Positions 1 to 9,904 of a stretch of 22,674 bases of DNA are shown here, piece after piece. The translations under genes were made by a program, and so were the position numbers. Within the stretch, counting starts at the first letter, position 1; every line of letters starts with the position of its first letter. The notes under the pieces were generated by a model. That model made no database searches, was not told the DNA's origin, and worked only from the letters and a program-made list of their open reading frames with translations. The DNA is taken from NCBI GenBank assembly GCA_030754595.1, contig JASLZZ010000029.1, forward strand, positions 1 through 22,674, in the 5' to 3' direction. Source of the DNA: Nitrospinota bacterium. Its GTDB lineage: Bacteria > UBA8248.

Positions 1-141
1 CCCCCCCGAATTACCCATTACCCGATGCTTCCCCGGGGCGCCCTCGATTCCTTAAAACCCTTGAATCATTTCGTGTTTTTTAAATGAAATGGTAAACTTC
101 AGGCGGTGGTTATTTTCTGTCCTGAGGTGATATGAGAGGCG
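1..141. repeat. Terminal direct repeat, copy 1 (identical to 22534-22674)
   Basis: The sequence cccccccgaattacccatt...gatatgagaggcg matches the last 141 nt of the window base for base. Confidence 0.97.
65..98 (+). promoter_or_regulatory. Possible extended -10 promoter (TG-G-TAAACT at 90-98) overlapped by an imperfect inverted repeat (65-74 / 84-93)
   Basis: AT-rich stretch ~200 bp upstream of the first sugar gene; atcatttcgt...atgaaatggt dyad; motif match only. Confidence 0.3.
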
Positions 142-297
142 TGGAATTCGAAATCGCCTCAACTGATTGGCCGCCTGGCAGGTAGTCTTTTTGTGGCATG
201 AGCAAATTCAAAGGTTCCGCTCCTGTTAATCACCCCGACTCCGCCCCGGTTCCGCAATTCGATTGATCGAATAAGCCATTGAAAAGAAAAGCTTTTT

Positions 298-1293
298 ATG
301 CATGATCCAAAAAGAACCGTGGTAACCGGCGGCGCCGGTTTCATCGGGAGCCATTTGGTGGATCGGCTTCTCGCCGACGGCCACGAGGTGGTGGTCCTGG
401 ATAGCCTGGTCGCCGGGAGGCGGGAGAACCTCCAGGAGGCCGAGGGCCACCCGAAACTAACGTTTCATCAGGCGGACATCGCCTCGCTGGACAATATCAA
501 GCCTTATTTTGAAGGTGTTGACTGGGTTTTTCACCTGGCCGCCCTGGCGGACATTGTCCCTTCCATCCAGCGGCCCCTCACCTACCACCGGTCGAATGTG
601 GACGGAACAATCGCCGTTCTCGAGGCCGCGCGCGCGGGCGGCGCGAGCCGGTTCGTGTATTCGGCGTCGTCTTCCTGCTACGGGCTTCCGGATGTTTTTC
701 CCACCCCGGAGACGGCGGAAATTCGCCCGATGTATCCCTATGCGCTGACCAAATATATGGGTGAGCAATATGTCATGCACTGGGCCCAGGTGTATGGGCT
801 CCCCGGCGTTTCGCTCAGGCTTTTCAATGTGTTCGGGCCGCGATCCCGGACGAGTGCTGCCTATGGCGCGGTGTTTGGTGTATTCTTGGCGCAGAAGTTG
901 AGCGGCAATGCGTTCACTGTTGTGGGAGACGGCGCCCAGACCCGGGATTTCACCTTTGTGTCGGATGTGGCCGCCGCCTTCGCCGCCGCCGCCGCTTCCG
1001 GTGCCTCTGGAGAGATTTTCAACGTCGGTTCCGGAGATACCTATAGCGTGAACCACTTGGTGAGTCTTCTGGGCGGGGAGGTGGAATATATTCCCAAGCG
1101 CCCCGGAGAGCCCGATTGCACATTCGCCGATACGAGAAAAATCCGGCAGGGGCTGAGCTGGAGCCCCAACGTCCGCTTCGAGGACGGCGTGGCCATCTTG
1201 CTGGAGAATATCGAAATGTGGCGGCAGGCTCCGGTCTGGAACAAAGAATCGATTTCCGATGCCACCAAGGATTGGTTCGAGTACCTGGGGTGA
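298..1293 (+). CDS. NAD-dependent nucleotide-sugar epimerase/dehydratase (extended SDR)
   Basis: TGGAGFIG Rossmann motif, HLAA, SASSSCYG, YALTK (YxxxK), FNVFGPR, RDFTFV. Confidence 0.95.
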   Translation: MHDPKRTVVTGGAGFIGSHLVDRLLADGHEVVVLDSLVAGRRENLQEAEGHPKLTFHQADIASLDNIKPYFEGVDWVFHLAALADIVPSIQRPLTYHRSNVDGTIAVLEAARAGGASRFVYSASSSCYGLPDVFPTPETAEIRPMYPYALTKYMGEQYVMHWAQVYGLPGVSLRLFNVFGPRSRTSAAYGAVFGVFLAQKLSGNAFTVVGDGAQTRDFTFVSDVAAAFAAAAASGASGEIFNVGSGDTYSVNHLVSLLGGEVEYIPKRPGEPDCTFADTRKIRQGLSWSPNVRFEDGVAILLENIEMWRQAPVWNKESISDATKDWFEYLG

Positions 1294-1312
1294 ACCAGGA
1301 GGGTGAAAGCGG

Positions 1313-2860
1313 TTGATATCAAATGATTTCTCGGGTGCGGCAAAAGAGAAGATCAAAAACCTCGAAGATTTGCCTGCAATTCTTGAATCGCACCGCAGCC
1401 AAAATCAGAAGATAGTCCAGTCCCACGGCGTATTCGATTTGCTCCATATCGGGCATATCCGCCATTTCGAGCAGGCCAAGAAATCCGGGGACATTCTCGC
1501 CGTCACGCTGACGCCCGACGAGCATGTCAGCAAAGGGCCCCACCGGCCGGTTTTTCCGGGTCCGTTGCGGGCCGAGGCCATTGCCGCGCTCGATTGCGTG
1601 GACTATGTCGCCATCAATAAGTGGCCGCTGGCGGTAGAGGCAATTCGGCTTCTTAAACCCGATTTTTACGCGAAGGGCTCTGACTACAAATATGCCGAGG
1701 AGGACCGTACGGGGGGGATCGAAAAGGAATCGGTGGCGGTCGAATCGGTCGGCGGCCAGGTTATCTTCACGGAAGATATCACCTACAGCTCCTCCAATCT
1801 GATCAATAAACACATGCAGATATTTTCGGACGAGGTGAAGGATTACTTAAGGGCCTTCGGCGAGAAATACTCATCGGACGATGTCGTGGGCTACATCGAG
1901 AGCATTCAGCCCATGAAGGTGCTCGTCGTGGGCGAAGCCATCATCGACGAATATCAGTATTGCGACAGCATTGGAAAATCCTCGAAGGAGCCCATGCTCG
2001 CCTTGAGGCACAGCTATACCGAAAAATTCGGGGGGGGAATCCTGGCCGTCGCCAATCACGTGGCGAATTTTTGCGACCATGTGAGCGTTCTTTCCTTCCT
2101 CGGCGAGGAAAATTCACAGGCGGAATTCGTTCGCGAGAATCTGAACGAAAATGTGGAAGATATTTTTCTTTTCAAGGCCCAGTCGCCCACTATCGTAAAG
2201 CGGCGTTTTATCGATCAATATTTCTTTACGAAGCTCCTGGAAATTTACGAGACGGACGACAGGGAGCTCAATGCGGTCGAGGACGATAAGTTTTGTACGC
2301 TGTTGAATGAACGCCTTCCCGACTTTGACGTGGTTATTGTGGTCGACTTCGGTCACGGCATGATGAGCGAGACCGCGATAGAAATTTTGTGCGAAAAAGC
2401 GCGCTTTCTCGCGGTCAACGCCCAATCCAACGCGGGGAATCTCGGCTACCACACCATATCCACCTATCCCCGCGCCGATTTCGCCTGCATGGCCGAAAAC
2501 GAGATTCGGCTGGAGACACGGGACCGGCGTGGCGATCTGAAGGAGATGATCCGCCGCGTATCGAAAACCATTTCGGGTGGCCGCGTGGCCGTGACCCGGG
2601 GAAAATTCGGAAGCTGTTGCTATAGCGACGAGGAGGGCTTCAACGAGTGTCCCGCCCTGGCGGGGCAGATTGTCGATCGGGTGGGGGCCGGAGACACTTT
2701 TCTTTCGCTGTCGGCCCCCTGCGTGGCGCGCGGGGTTCCGATGGAGATCGTGAATTTTATCGGAAACGTGGTTGGCGGGCAGTCCGTCGCCACTGTCGGA
2801 AATCGCTCTTCGGTTCAGCGGATTCCGATGTTCAAGAATATCGAGTCCCTGCTCAAGTAA
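1313..2860 (+). CDS. Bifunctional nucleotidyltransferase (cytidylyltransferase-like, N-terminal) and PfkB sugar kinase (C-terminal); RfaE/HldE-related
   Basis: HGVFDLLHIGH (HxGH), KGSDY and SSS in the N-domain; GEAIIDEY, DFGHG and DRVGAGDTF (PfkB anion hole) in the C-domain; AGGAGGG RBS before the TTG start. Confidence 0.9.
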   Translation: MISNDFSGAAKEKIKNLEDLPAILESHRSQNQKIVQSHGVFDLLHIGHIRHFEQAKKSGDILAVTLTPDEHVSKGPHRPVFPGPLRAEAIAALDCVDYVAINKWPLAVEAIRLLKPDFYAKGSDYKYAEEDRTGGIEKESVAVESVGGQVIFTEDITYSSSNLINKHMQIFSDEVKDYLRAFGEKYSSDDVVGYIESIQPMKVLVVGEAIIDEYQYCDSIGKSSKEPMLALRHSYTEKFGGGILAVANHVANFCDHVSVLSFLGEENSQAEFVRENLNENVEDIFLFKAQSPTIVKRRFIDQYFFTKLLEIYETDDRELNAVEDDKFCTLLNERLPDFDVVIVVDFGHGMMSETAIEILCEKARFLAVNAQSNAGNLGYHTISTYPRADFACMAENEIRLETRDRRGDLKEMIRRVSKTISGGRVAVTRGKFGSCCYSDEEGFNECPALAGQIVDRVGAGDTFLSLSAPCVARGVPMEIVNFIGNVVGGQSVATVGNRSSVQRIPMFKNIESLLK

Positions 2861-2896
2861 GGCGGGGGGCGTTCAGGCCATGGCGGAAATTTTCAT

Positions 2897-3511
2897 ATGC
2901 CGGACATGAAAGCGGAATCTTATTTTCAAAAACTGGGAGAATTGTTGTCGGGCTCTGAGGTGACCGGCGGCGATGGCGCGCCTCTTTCCCTCGAAGAGGG
3001 GATGAGCGAGGCCACCGCCATGATTTTGTCGCTGGCGCCCGGGGAGGCCGGAAGAAGCGCCCTGTCCAAGGCGCTGCTTATAGGTAACGGAGGAAGCGCC
3101 GCCATCGTTAGCCACGTTCAGAACGATCTGTGCAAGGCGCTGGGCATACCGGCGATGGTATTCAACGAGCCGCCCCTGTTAACGGCTTTGGCGAACGACG
3201 ACGGATACGAAACAGCGTTTCGCCAAATGGCGGAGCTTTGGGCCAGGCCGGGTGATTTGCTCCTCGCGGTCAGCAGCTCCGGAAAATCCGGCAATATTTT
3301 AAGCGCGGTTGAAGCGGCCTCGTACCGGGGTTGCAGAGTGATCACGTTTTCGGGTTTTTCCCCGGACAATCCCCTGCGCCGGATGGGCGATCTGAATTTT
3401 TACGTGGCCTCGGATTTTTACGGTTTTGTGGAAGTGGCTCACATGGCGCTTGCCCATTTCGTGACGGATAATGCATTAAGCAGAAAATCCGAAGGGAAGG
3501 AAAACCTGTGA
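2897..3511 (+). CDS. SIS-domain phosphosugar isomerase, GmhA-like
   Basis: IGNGGSAA, LTALANDDGYE, GDLLLAVSSSGKSGNI motifs; start could be 2897 or 2906. Confidence 0.88.
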   Translation: MPDMKAESYFQKLGELLSGSEVTGGDGAPLSLEEGMSEATAMILSLAPGEAGRSALSKALLIGNGGSAAIVSHVQNDLCKALGIPAMVFNEPPLLTALANDDGYETAFRQMAELWARPGDLLLAVSSSGKSGNILSAVEAASYRGCRVITFSGFSPDNPLRRMGDLNFYVASDFYGFVEVAHMALAHFVTDNALSRKSEGKENL

Positions 3512-4512
3512 CCGATCCCAATATTCAAAGTGTTCTTGTGACGGGGGGCGCGGGGTATGTGGGGACCGTTCTCGTCCCGAAGCTTCTGGCCGCGGGCTAC
3601 CGCGTCAAAGTGCTCGATCTTTTCATGTTCGGAGAGCATGTGCTTAACCCGTACAAGGACGATCCGAACCTCGAGCAGATAAAAGGGGACATCCGCGACC
3701 GGGAAACGGTCGAAAAGGAGATTCGGGGGTGCGACGCGGTTATTCACCTGGCCTGCATTTCCAACGACCCCAGCTTTGAGCTCGACCCCGATCTCGGAAA
3801 GTCGATCAACTACGATGCTTTTATCGGCCTGGTGGAAGTTTCGCGGGACCAGGGGGTGCGGCGGTTCGTCTACGCTTCGTCCTCCAGCGTGTACGGAATC
3901 AAGGATGTGGAAAATGTGACCGAGGAGCTTGCTCTCGAGCCTCTGACCGATTATTCGAAGTACAAGGCCATGTGCGAGGACATTTTACTCGAAAGGGACA
4001 CACCGGGGTTCAACTGGCTGATCCTGCGCCCCGCCACGGTGTGCGGCTATTCCCTGCGCCTGCGGCTGGACCTGACGGTGAACATCCTCACCAATCACGC
4101 CGTCACCAACCGTTTGATCAAGGTATTCGGCGGCGAGCAGATGCGGCCCAATATCCATATCGAGGACATGACCGATTTGTATGTAAAGTCACTGGGATGG
4201 TCCGACGATAAGATTAACGGAAGGATTTTCAACGCGGGCTACGACAATAAAAAGGTCATCGAAATAGCGGAGACCGTCAAGGATGCCGTCGGGGAGGACG
4301 TGGATATCGTCACCACGCCCACGGACGACAACCGCTCATACCACATTTCGTCGGCTAAAATCGGTCGTGAACTGAGTTTCAAGCCGGCCAAAACAATCAG
4401 GGACGCGGCTTTCGACCTGGTGGCCGCTTTTAAGACAGGAAATATCCCCGGCTCGATGACCGACAACCATTATTATAATATCAAGACCATGCAGCAACTG
4501 AACCTGAAATAA
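3508..4512 (+). CDS. NAD-dependent epimerase/dehydratase (extended SDR)
   Basis: TGGAGYVG, HLACISNDP, YASSSSVYG, YSKYK, LRPATVCG; GTGA overlap with the upstream stop. Confidence 0.93.
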   Translation: MTDPNIQSVLVTGGAGYVGTVLVPKLLAAGYRVKVLDLFMFGEHVLNPYKDDPNLEQIKGDIRDRETVEKEIRGCDAVIHLACISNDPSFELDPDLGKSINYDAFIGLVEVSRDQGVRRFVYASSSSVYGIKDVENVTEELALEPLTDYSKYKAMCEDILLERDTPGFNWLILRPATVCGYSLRLRLDLTVNILTNHAVTNRLIKVFGGEQMRPNIHIEDMTDLYVKSLGWSDDKINGRIFNAGYDNKKVIEIAETVKDAVGEDVDIVTTPTDDNRSYHISSAKIGRELSFKPAKTIRDAAFDLVAAFKTGNIPGSMTDNHYYNIKTMQQLNLK

Positions 4513-4526
4513 GGCGAGGTTTTTTC

Positions 4527-5510
4527 GTGTTGAACGCTCAGTTCAGAAAACAATTGTTTTTCAGCATGCTCCGCATCCGGATGGTCGAGTTCGGCATCGC
4601 GGACAGGTACTCCGAACAGGAGATGCGCTGTCCGGTTCATCTCAGCATCGGACAAGAGGCCGTCGCCGCCGGCGCCTGCGCCGCCCTGGGCCCGGGCGAT
4701 TACATGATGAGCATGCACCGTGCGCATGCGCATTATCTGGCCAAGGGGGGCGATCTCAAGGCGATGCTCGCGGAAATCTACGGAAGAGCCGACGGCTGTT
4801 CCGCGGGGATGGGCGGCTCGATGCATCTGATCGACCTGAGCGTCAATATGCTCGGTTCGACCCCGATCGTCGGAGGGAGCATACCGGTCGCGGTCGGGAC
4901 GGCGTTCGGGTCGTGGATGAAGGGCGAAAAACGCGCGACGATGGTTTTCTTCGGAGAAGGCTCGACCGAGGAAGGAGTATTCGCCGAGGCGCTCAATTTC
5001 GCCGCGCTCAAAAAACTGCCGGTCATATTCGTTTGCGAGAACAATCAGTATTCGGTTTATTCGTCGATATCTGTTCGGCAGCCTCCCGGGCGGTCGCTGA
5101 CCGAGATGGTTCGCGCCCACGGCGTCAACGCATCCAAGGGAGACGGGAACGATGTGGAGGGCGTTTATCGGTTGTGCCTCGACACGGTTCAAAGAGCGCT
5201 GAATGGCGATGGCCCCACGTTTCTCGAATTTGAAACCTATCGGTGGCTTGAGCACTGCGGGCCGGGCTACGACAACCATATCGGTTACCGCACGGAAGAG
5301 GAATTTCTGGAATGGAAGAAGCGCTGTCCCCTGGATAATTACCGGGCCGCTCTCGTTCGCGATGGCGTGCTTACCGAGGACGAAATCAGTGAGCGCGAGG
5401 AGTCGTTTCGCCGGGAAATCGACGAGGCATTCGCTTTTGCGAAGGAAAGCTCTTTTCCGGAGGAGGAGGGATACCTCGACCGCGTTTACGTCCCAGGTGA
5501 CGGCAGATGA
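4527..5510 (+). CDS. Thiamine-diphosphate-dependent dehydrogenase E1 alpha-like subunit
   Basis: HLSIGQEA, HRAHAHYLAKG, GMGGSMH, TPP motif variant GEG...ENN, TYRWLEHCGP. Confidence 0.93.
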   Translation: MLNAQFRKQLFFSMLRIRMVEFGIADRYSEQEMRCPVHLSIGQEAVAAGACAALGPGDYMMSMHRAHAHYLAKGGDLKAMLAEIYGRADGCSAGMGGSMHLIDLSVNMLGSTPIVGGSIPVAVGTAFGSWMKGEKRATMVFFGEGSTEEGVFAEALNFAALKKLPVIFVCENNQYSVYSSISVRQPPGRSLTEMVRAHGVNASKGDGNDVEGVYRLCLDTVQRALNGDGPTFLEFETYRWLEHCGPGYDNHIGYRTEEEFLEWKKRCPLDNYRAALVRDGVLTEDEISEREESFRREIDEAFAFAKESSFPEEEGYLDRVYVPGDGR

Positions 5511-6568
5511 CGCGCGAAATCCGGTACGCCGAGGCTATCCTGGAGGCGACCGATCAGTGCATGGTGCAGGATTCCCGGGTGTATGTGATAGGCCTGGGAG
5601 TCACCGACCCGAAGGGAATCTTCGGGACGACCCTCGGGCTGGAAGCGAAGTACGGCGCCAGGCGGGTGATGGACATGCCCGCCTCGGAGAACGCCATGAC
5701 GGGGGTCGCCATCGGCTCCACCCTGGTGGGCCTGCGCCCGATAATGACTCATCAGCGGGCTGATTTCGCCCTCCTCACCCTCGATCAGATTATCAACAAC
5801 GCCTCCAAGTGGCACTACATGTTTGGCGCGATCGGCGGCGTTCCGTTGGTGATCCGCCTTGTTATCGGGCGGGGATGGGGCCAGGGGCCTCAGCATTCGC
5901 AGAGCATCCAGGCGCTCTTCGCCCATATTCCGGGGCTGAAGGTGGTCATGCCCGCCACCCCCCACGATGCCAAGGGAATGCTCGTCGCCGCCGTCGAGGA
6001 CGACAACCCCGTAATTTTTTTCGAGCACCGCTGGCTCCATAACATCAGCGGATCCGTGCCCGAGGAGTTGTACCGGGAGCCCATCGGCCGCTCGCGCGTG
6101 ATGAGAGAGGGAAAAGATGTAACGATCGTCGCTACCTCTCACATGGTTCTCGAATCGATGCGCGCCTCCGAGGCGCTGACGCGGGACGGAATCGAGGCCG
6201 AGATTGTGGATGTCCGGACCATCAGGCCCCTCGATACCGGCTGTATCCTCGGCTCGGTGGAAAAAACCGGGCGCCTGATTGTCGCCGATGACGACTGGCG
6301 CACTTTGGGGTTCGGGGCCGAGGTCCTGGCGATCGTCGCGGAAGAGCTGTTTGGAGGGCTGAAGTGCCCGCCGCGGCGCATTGCCTACCCGGACGCCTAC
6401 ACGCCGACGAGTCCGTCCATGGCCAACAACTATTATCCCCGCGTTGTGGATATCGTAAACACCGCCCGGGAGATGATGGGGCTGCCTCAAAAGAGCGAGG
6501 ACGAGCTGGGAATACGCCGCGAAGGTCCGCTCGACATTCCCGATAATAGTTTTACAGGCCCTTTCTAG
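5507..6568 (+). CDS. TPP-dependent E1 beta / transketolase C-terminal-like subunit
   Basis: DMPASENAMTG, DQIINNA, GPQHSQ, PGLKVVMP, NPVIFFEHR, DVRTIRPLD; ATGA overlap with the alpha gene. Confidence 0.93.
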   Translation: MTREIRYAEAILEATDQCMVQDSRVYVIGLGVTDPKGIFGTTLGLEAKYGARRVMDMPASENAMTGVAIGSTLVGLRPIMTHQRADFALLTLDQIINNASKWHYMFGAIGGVPLVIRLVIGRGWGQGPQHSQSIQALFAHIPGLKVVMPATPHDAKGMLVAAVEDDNPVIFFEHRWLHNISGSVPEELYREPIGRSRVMREGKDVTIVATSHMVLESMRASEALTRDGIEAEIVDVRTIRPLDTGCILGSVEKTGRLIVADDDWRTLGFGAEVLAIVAEELFGGLKCPPRRIAYPDAYTPTSPSMANNYYPRVVDIVNTAREMMGLPQKSEDELGIRREGPLDIPDNSFTGPF

Positions 6569-6609
6569 GCGACCGAAGAGCTCGTCGCGGACTGAAGGAA
6601 ACAGTAACC

Positions 6610-7719
6610 TTGACGCTCGAAATTCCCTACGTGAACATCGCCGGCCAGCACGCCGGCCTGAAGACCGATTTGGTGGAAGCCGTCGGGAGCGTAATCGAGG
6701 GAGGACAGTTCATTCTGGGGGAGGCGGTTGCCGAGTTCGAGCGGCGATTCGCCGAGCTTTGTGGAGTGCGCTTCGCGGTGGGCGTCAATTCGGGAACGGA
6801 CGCCTTGATCATCGCGCTTCGCGCTCTCGGGATTGGCCCGGGCGATGAGGTCATCACCGCGCCGAACTCTTTCGTGGCGACGGCGTCGGCTATCGTTCTT
6901 GCCGGAGCCAGGCCCGTATTCGTTGACGTACGGGACGACTACAACCTGGACCCGGACCTCATCGAACCGGCTGTCACTTCCAATACGAAGGCCATCCTGC
7001 CGGTCCACCTGACCGGGAGGCCCGCGGACATGGACCCGATCAATGAGGTGGCGGACCGGCACGGACTGCGGGTGATCGAGGACGCGGCCCAGGCGGTCGC
7101 CGCCGAATACCGCGGAAAAAGGGCCGGCTCGCTCGGCGACATCGGCTGTTTCAGTCTCCATCCCCTCAAGACGCTGAGCGCCTGCGGGGATGGAGGGGTT
7201 TTGACAACCGATGACGAGGCTCTCTTCGAGCATTTCGGAATCATGCGGAATATCGGGCTGAAAACCCGGGACAACGCCGTCGTATGGAGTGGAAACTCGC
7301 GCCTCGACAGCGTTCAGGCATCGATGCTGCTCGTGAAGATGAAGTATTTCGAGGAATGGACCGAGAAGCGCCGCTCGAACGCCGCGCATTACCAAAAGGC
7401 CCTGGCCGATGTGCCGGGGGTACGGGTTCCGGCCGACAAGCCTTTCGAGCGGGCCGTTTATCACGCCCTCGTGATCCAGGCCGAGAGAAGGGACGAGTTG
7501 AAGGCGTATCTGGAAGGCAGGGGAATAGGGTCGGCGGTTCACTATCCCGTTCCCATTCACTTACAGGATGCTGCCTCGGAGTTGGGATACGGTTCGGGAA
7601 GTTTTCCGGCGGCGGAGCGGCAGGCGGGAAAAATATTGAGCCTGCCGGTCTATTCCGAGCTTACGGGCGGGAATTTGGATCAAATTTCCGGCGCCATAGA
7701 GGAATTTTATCGAGCATGA
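6610..7719 (+). CDS. DegT/DnrJ/EryC1/StrS PLP-dependent sugar aminotransferase (copy 1)
   Basis: NSGTDAL, GPGDEVI, PVHLTG, IEDAAQA, SLHPLK (catalytic Lys), GDGG, NSRLD, HYPVP, LSLP. Confidence 0.95.
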   Translation: MTLEIPYVNIAGQHAGLKTDLVEAVGSVIEGGQFILGEAVAEFERRFAELCGVRFAVGVNSGTDALIIALRALGIGPGDEVITAPNSFVATASAIVLAGARPVFVDVRDDYNLDPDLIEPAVTSNTKAILPVHLTGRPADMDPINEVADRHGLRVIEDAAQAVAAEYRGKRAGSLGDIGCFSLHPLKTLSACGDGGVLTTDDEALFEHFGIMRNIGLKTRDNAVVWSGNSRLDSVQASMLLVKMKYFEEWTEKRRSNAAHYQKALADVPGVRVPADKPFERAVYHALVIQAERRDELKAYLEGRGIGSAVHYPVPIHLQDAASELGYGSGSFPAAERQAGKILSLPVYSELTGGNLDQISGAIEEFYRA

Positions 7720-8876
7720 CTTTTAATCCCGAAACATCTGATTCCGAAATATCAAATTCTGAAAAACGGATTCGCGTTCCTTTTTCATATCTGGACCGGC
7801 AATTCGCGGACGTTGACGCTTATCTGGGCGATATCCGCGAGCTCGTCACCAGCGGCGACTTCACGCTGGGCTCGCCATTGACCGAGTTCGAGAATCGTTT
7901 CGCCGCGCTGTGCGGCGCTCCCTTCGCGGTTGGCGTGGGAACGGGGACGGATGCGCTGTCCATGTCGCTTAAGGTTTTGGGCGTAGGCCCGGGCGATGAG
8001 GTCATTACCACCCCGACGACTTTCGTGGCGACGGTCAGCGCGATTGCGATGACCGGAGCGTGGCCCGCCTTCGTGGACAGCGAAGAGGGTTTCGTGATCG
8101 ACCCGGCCAAGATCGAGGCGGCGATCACGCCCCGGACCAAGGCCATCGTCCCCGTTCACTACACGGGCAATGTCGCGGATATGCCGGCAATCATGGAGAT
8201 CGCCGAAAAACACGGTTTAATCGTCGTCGAGGATGCCTGTCAGGCCATCATGGGAGCCATCGACGGGAAGCTGGTCGGCTCGTGGGGGGCCAGCGCGGGT
8301 TTCAGCCTCCACCCCCTCAAAAACCTCAACGTTTGGGCGGACGGGGGGCTCATCGTCACCCATTCCGAAGAGCTAGCCGAAAAGCTCCGGCTCTACCGGA
8401 ATCACGGCCTGGTCGGCCGGGACGAGGTGGCCGTCTACGGCATCAACTGCCGGCTGGATACGATTCAGGCCGTTGTCGGAAACCGCCTGATTAGCCAGAC
8501 GGAGTTCATCACCTCCCAGCGCATCGCCAACGCCCGGAAATACGACGAGGCTTTCGCGGATATGGCGGAGTTCATCCGGGTGCCCGGGCAGCGGCCGGGC
8601 GTGAGGCACGTCTACCACCTGTACTTGCTTCGCGCCCGGCGGAGAGACGAGCTGCTCGCCTACCTGAACGAAAACGGAGTCGAGGCCAAGGTGCATTATC
8701 CGATTCCGATGCACTTACAGGAGGCCACCCGGGACCTAGGATACAAAAAGGGGGATTTCCCGGTCAGCGAAGAGGATGCCCTGAATATCATTACGCTTCC
8801 CGCGCACCAGCACCTCACGCAGGAAGAAATCGAATATGCCATCGAGAAAGTCCGGAATTTTTACCTGAATCCATAG
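7716..8876 (+). CDS. DegT/DnrJ/EryC1/StrS PLP-dependent sugar aminotransferase (copy 2)
   Basis: GTGTDAL, GPGDEVI, PVHYTG, VEDACQA, SLHPLK, NCRLD, HYPIP; start placed at ATG 7716 (ATGA overlap) rather than 7284. Confidence 0.94.
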   Translation: MTFNPETSDSEISNSEKRIRVPFSYLDRQFADVDAYLGDIRELVTSGDFTLGSPLTEFENRFAALCGAPFAVGVGTGTDALSMSLKVLGVGPGDEVITTPTTFVATVSAIAMTGAWPAFVDSEEGFVIDPAKIEAAITPRTKAIVPVHYTGNVADMPAIMEIAEKHGLIVVEDACQAIMGAIDGKLVGSWGASAGFSLHPLKNLNVWADGGLIVTHSEELAEKLRLYRNHGLVGRDEVAVYGINCRLDTIQAVVGNRLISQTEFITSQRIANARKYDEAFADMAEFIRVPGQRPGVRHVYHLYLLRARRRDELLAYLNENGVEAKVHYPIPMHLQEATRDLGYKKGDFPVSEEDALNIITLPAHQHLTQEEIEYAIEKVRNFYLNP

Positions 8877-8888
8877 GTTCGTAAAGCC

Positions 8889-9881
8889 ATGGCCAATAAG
8901 ACATTTGTCGTTATCGGCAGCAACTGCTTTACGGGGAGCCATATCGTGGATGCGCTCCTCGAGGACCCGGAAAGGCGGGTGGTTGGGGTCAGCCGGTCCC
9001 CCGAGTACAAGTATCTTTTTCTTCCTTACAAAAGACATTCCGGAGACAGGTTCGCGTTTCACCAGTTCGATTTGGTCAAGCAGTTCGACGATATTGTGGC
9101 CCTACTGGACTCGATTGAGCCGGAATATGTCATCAACGTCGCCGCGCTCAGCGAGGTGGGATTGAGCAACGAGCAGCCGGTGGAATATTTCGCGATCAAC
9201 GCATCCGCCGTCGTAAGACTCTGCGACCATCTACGGAGAAGTTCCTACCTGAAGCAATATATTCACATATCGTCCGCGGAGGTGTTTGGCTCGAATAAAG
9301 GGAAACTTGGCGAAGACGCCCTTTTCAGTCCGACCACGCCGTATGCCGTCTCCAAGTCGGCGGCCGACATGTATCTGTACAGCCTGATCAAAAACTATCA
9401 ATTTCCGGCCACCCTGATTCGCTCCACGAACGTTTACGGAAAGCACCAACAGTTGTTCAAGATTATTCCCCGCACAATTATTTATATAAAATTGGGAAAA
9501 ACGATCGAGCTTCACGGCGGCGGAAAATCCATCAAGGCGTTTATTCATGTGCGGGATGTGGTCCGGGGGTTGATCCTTTCGGTCGAGCGGGAAAAAACGG
9601 GAACATTTCATTTTTCGGAGCCAGACGACGAAACGATTTCGGGAATTGTCCGGAGGGTTTGTGACCGGATGGGGGTGGACTGGCAATCCGTGACCCGCAC
9701 GGTCGGTGAGCGCCTGGGGCAGGATCCCCGGTACTGGCTCGATTATTCGCGGGCAAAACGGGAACTTGACTGGGAGCCCCGCATTTCCTTCGAGGATGGC
9801 GTGGATGAAGTCATCGAATGGGTTGAAGATAACTGGAACGCGATTCAGAAAGAACCTTTGGAATATATTCATAAGATATAA
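8889..9881 (+). CDS. NAD-dependent nucleotide-sugar dehydratase (dTDP-glucose/GDP-mannose 4,6-dehydratase-like)
   Basis: Variant Rossmann motif GSNCFTG, HISSAEVFG, PYAVSK, NVYG, KIIP, FIHVRD. Confidence 0.88.
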   Translation: MANKTFVVIGSNCFTGSHIVDALLEDPERRVVGVSRSPEYKYLFLPYKRHSGDRFAFHQFDLVKQFDDIVALLDSIEPEYVINVAALSEVGLSNEQPVEYFAINASAVVRLCDHLRRSSYLKQYIHISSAEVFGSNKGKLGEDALFSPTTPYAVSKSAADMYLYSLIKNYQFPATLIRSTNVYGKHQQLFKIIPRTIIYIKLGKTIELHGGGKSIKAFIHVRDVVRGLILSVEREKTGTFHFSEPDDETISGIVRRVCDRMGVDWQSVTRTVGERLGQDPRYWLDYSRAKRELDWEPRISFEDGVDEVIEWVEDNWNAIQKEPLEYIHKI

Positions 9882-9904
9882 AGGCTCTCGGCCGGGATGA
9901 ATGC

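Noticed and set aside
1..141. Terminal repeat interpreted as attL/attR or a phage terminal repeat
   Set aside because: It sits exactly at both contig ends, has a length equal to a common assembler k-mer, and has no adjacent integrase, tRNA or terminase
100..190. ops/JUMPstart-like words (ggcggtgg at ~102, ggcaggtag at ~177) upstream of the sugar operon
   Set aside because: Neither matches GGCGGTAG exactly and no RfaH/NusG paralogue is in the window
7284..7715. N-terminal extension of the 530-aa ORF 7284-8876
   Set aside because: It overlaps the first DegT gene in another frame and reads as low-complexity; the ATGA-coupled start at 7716 gives a normal-length DegT
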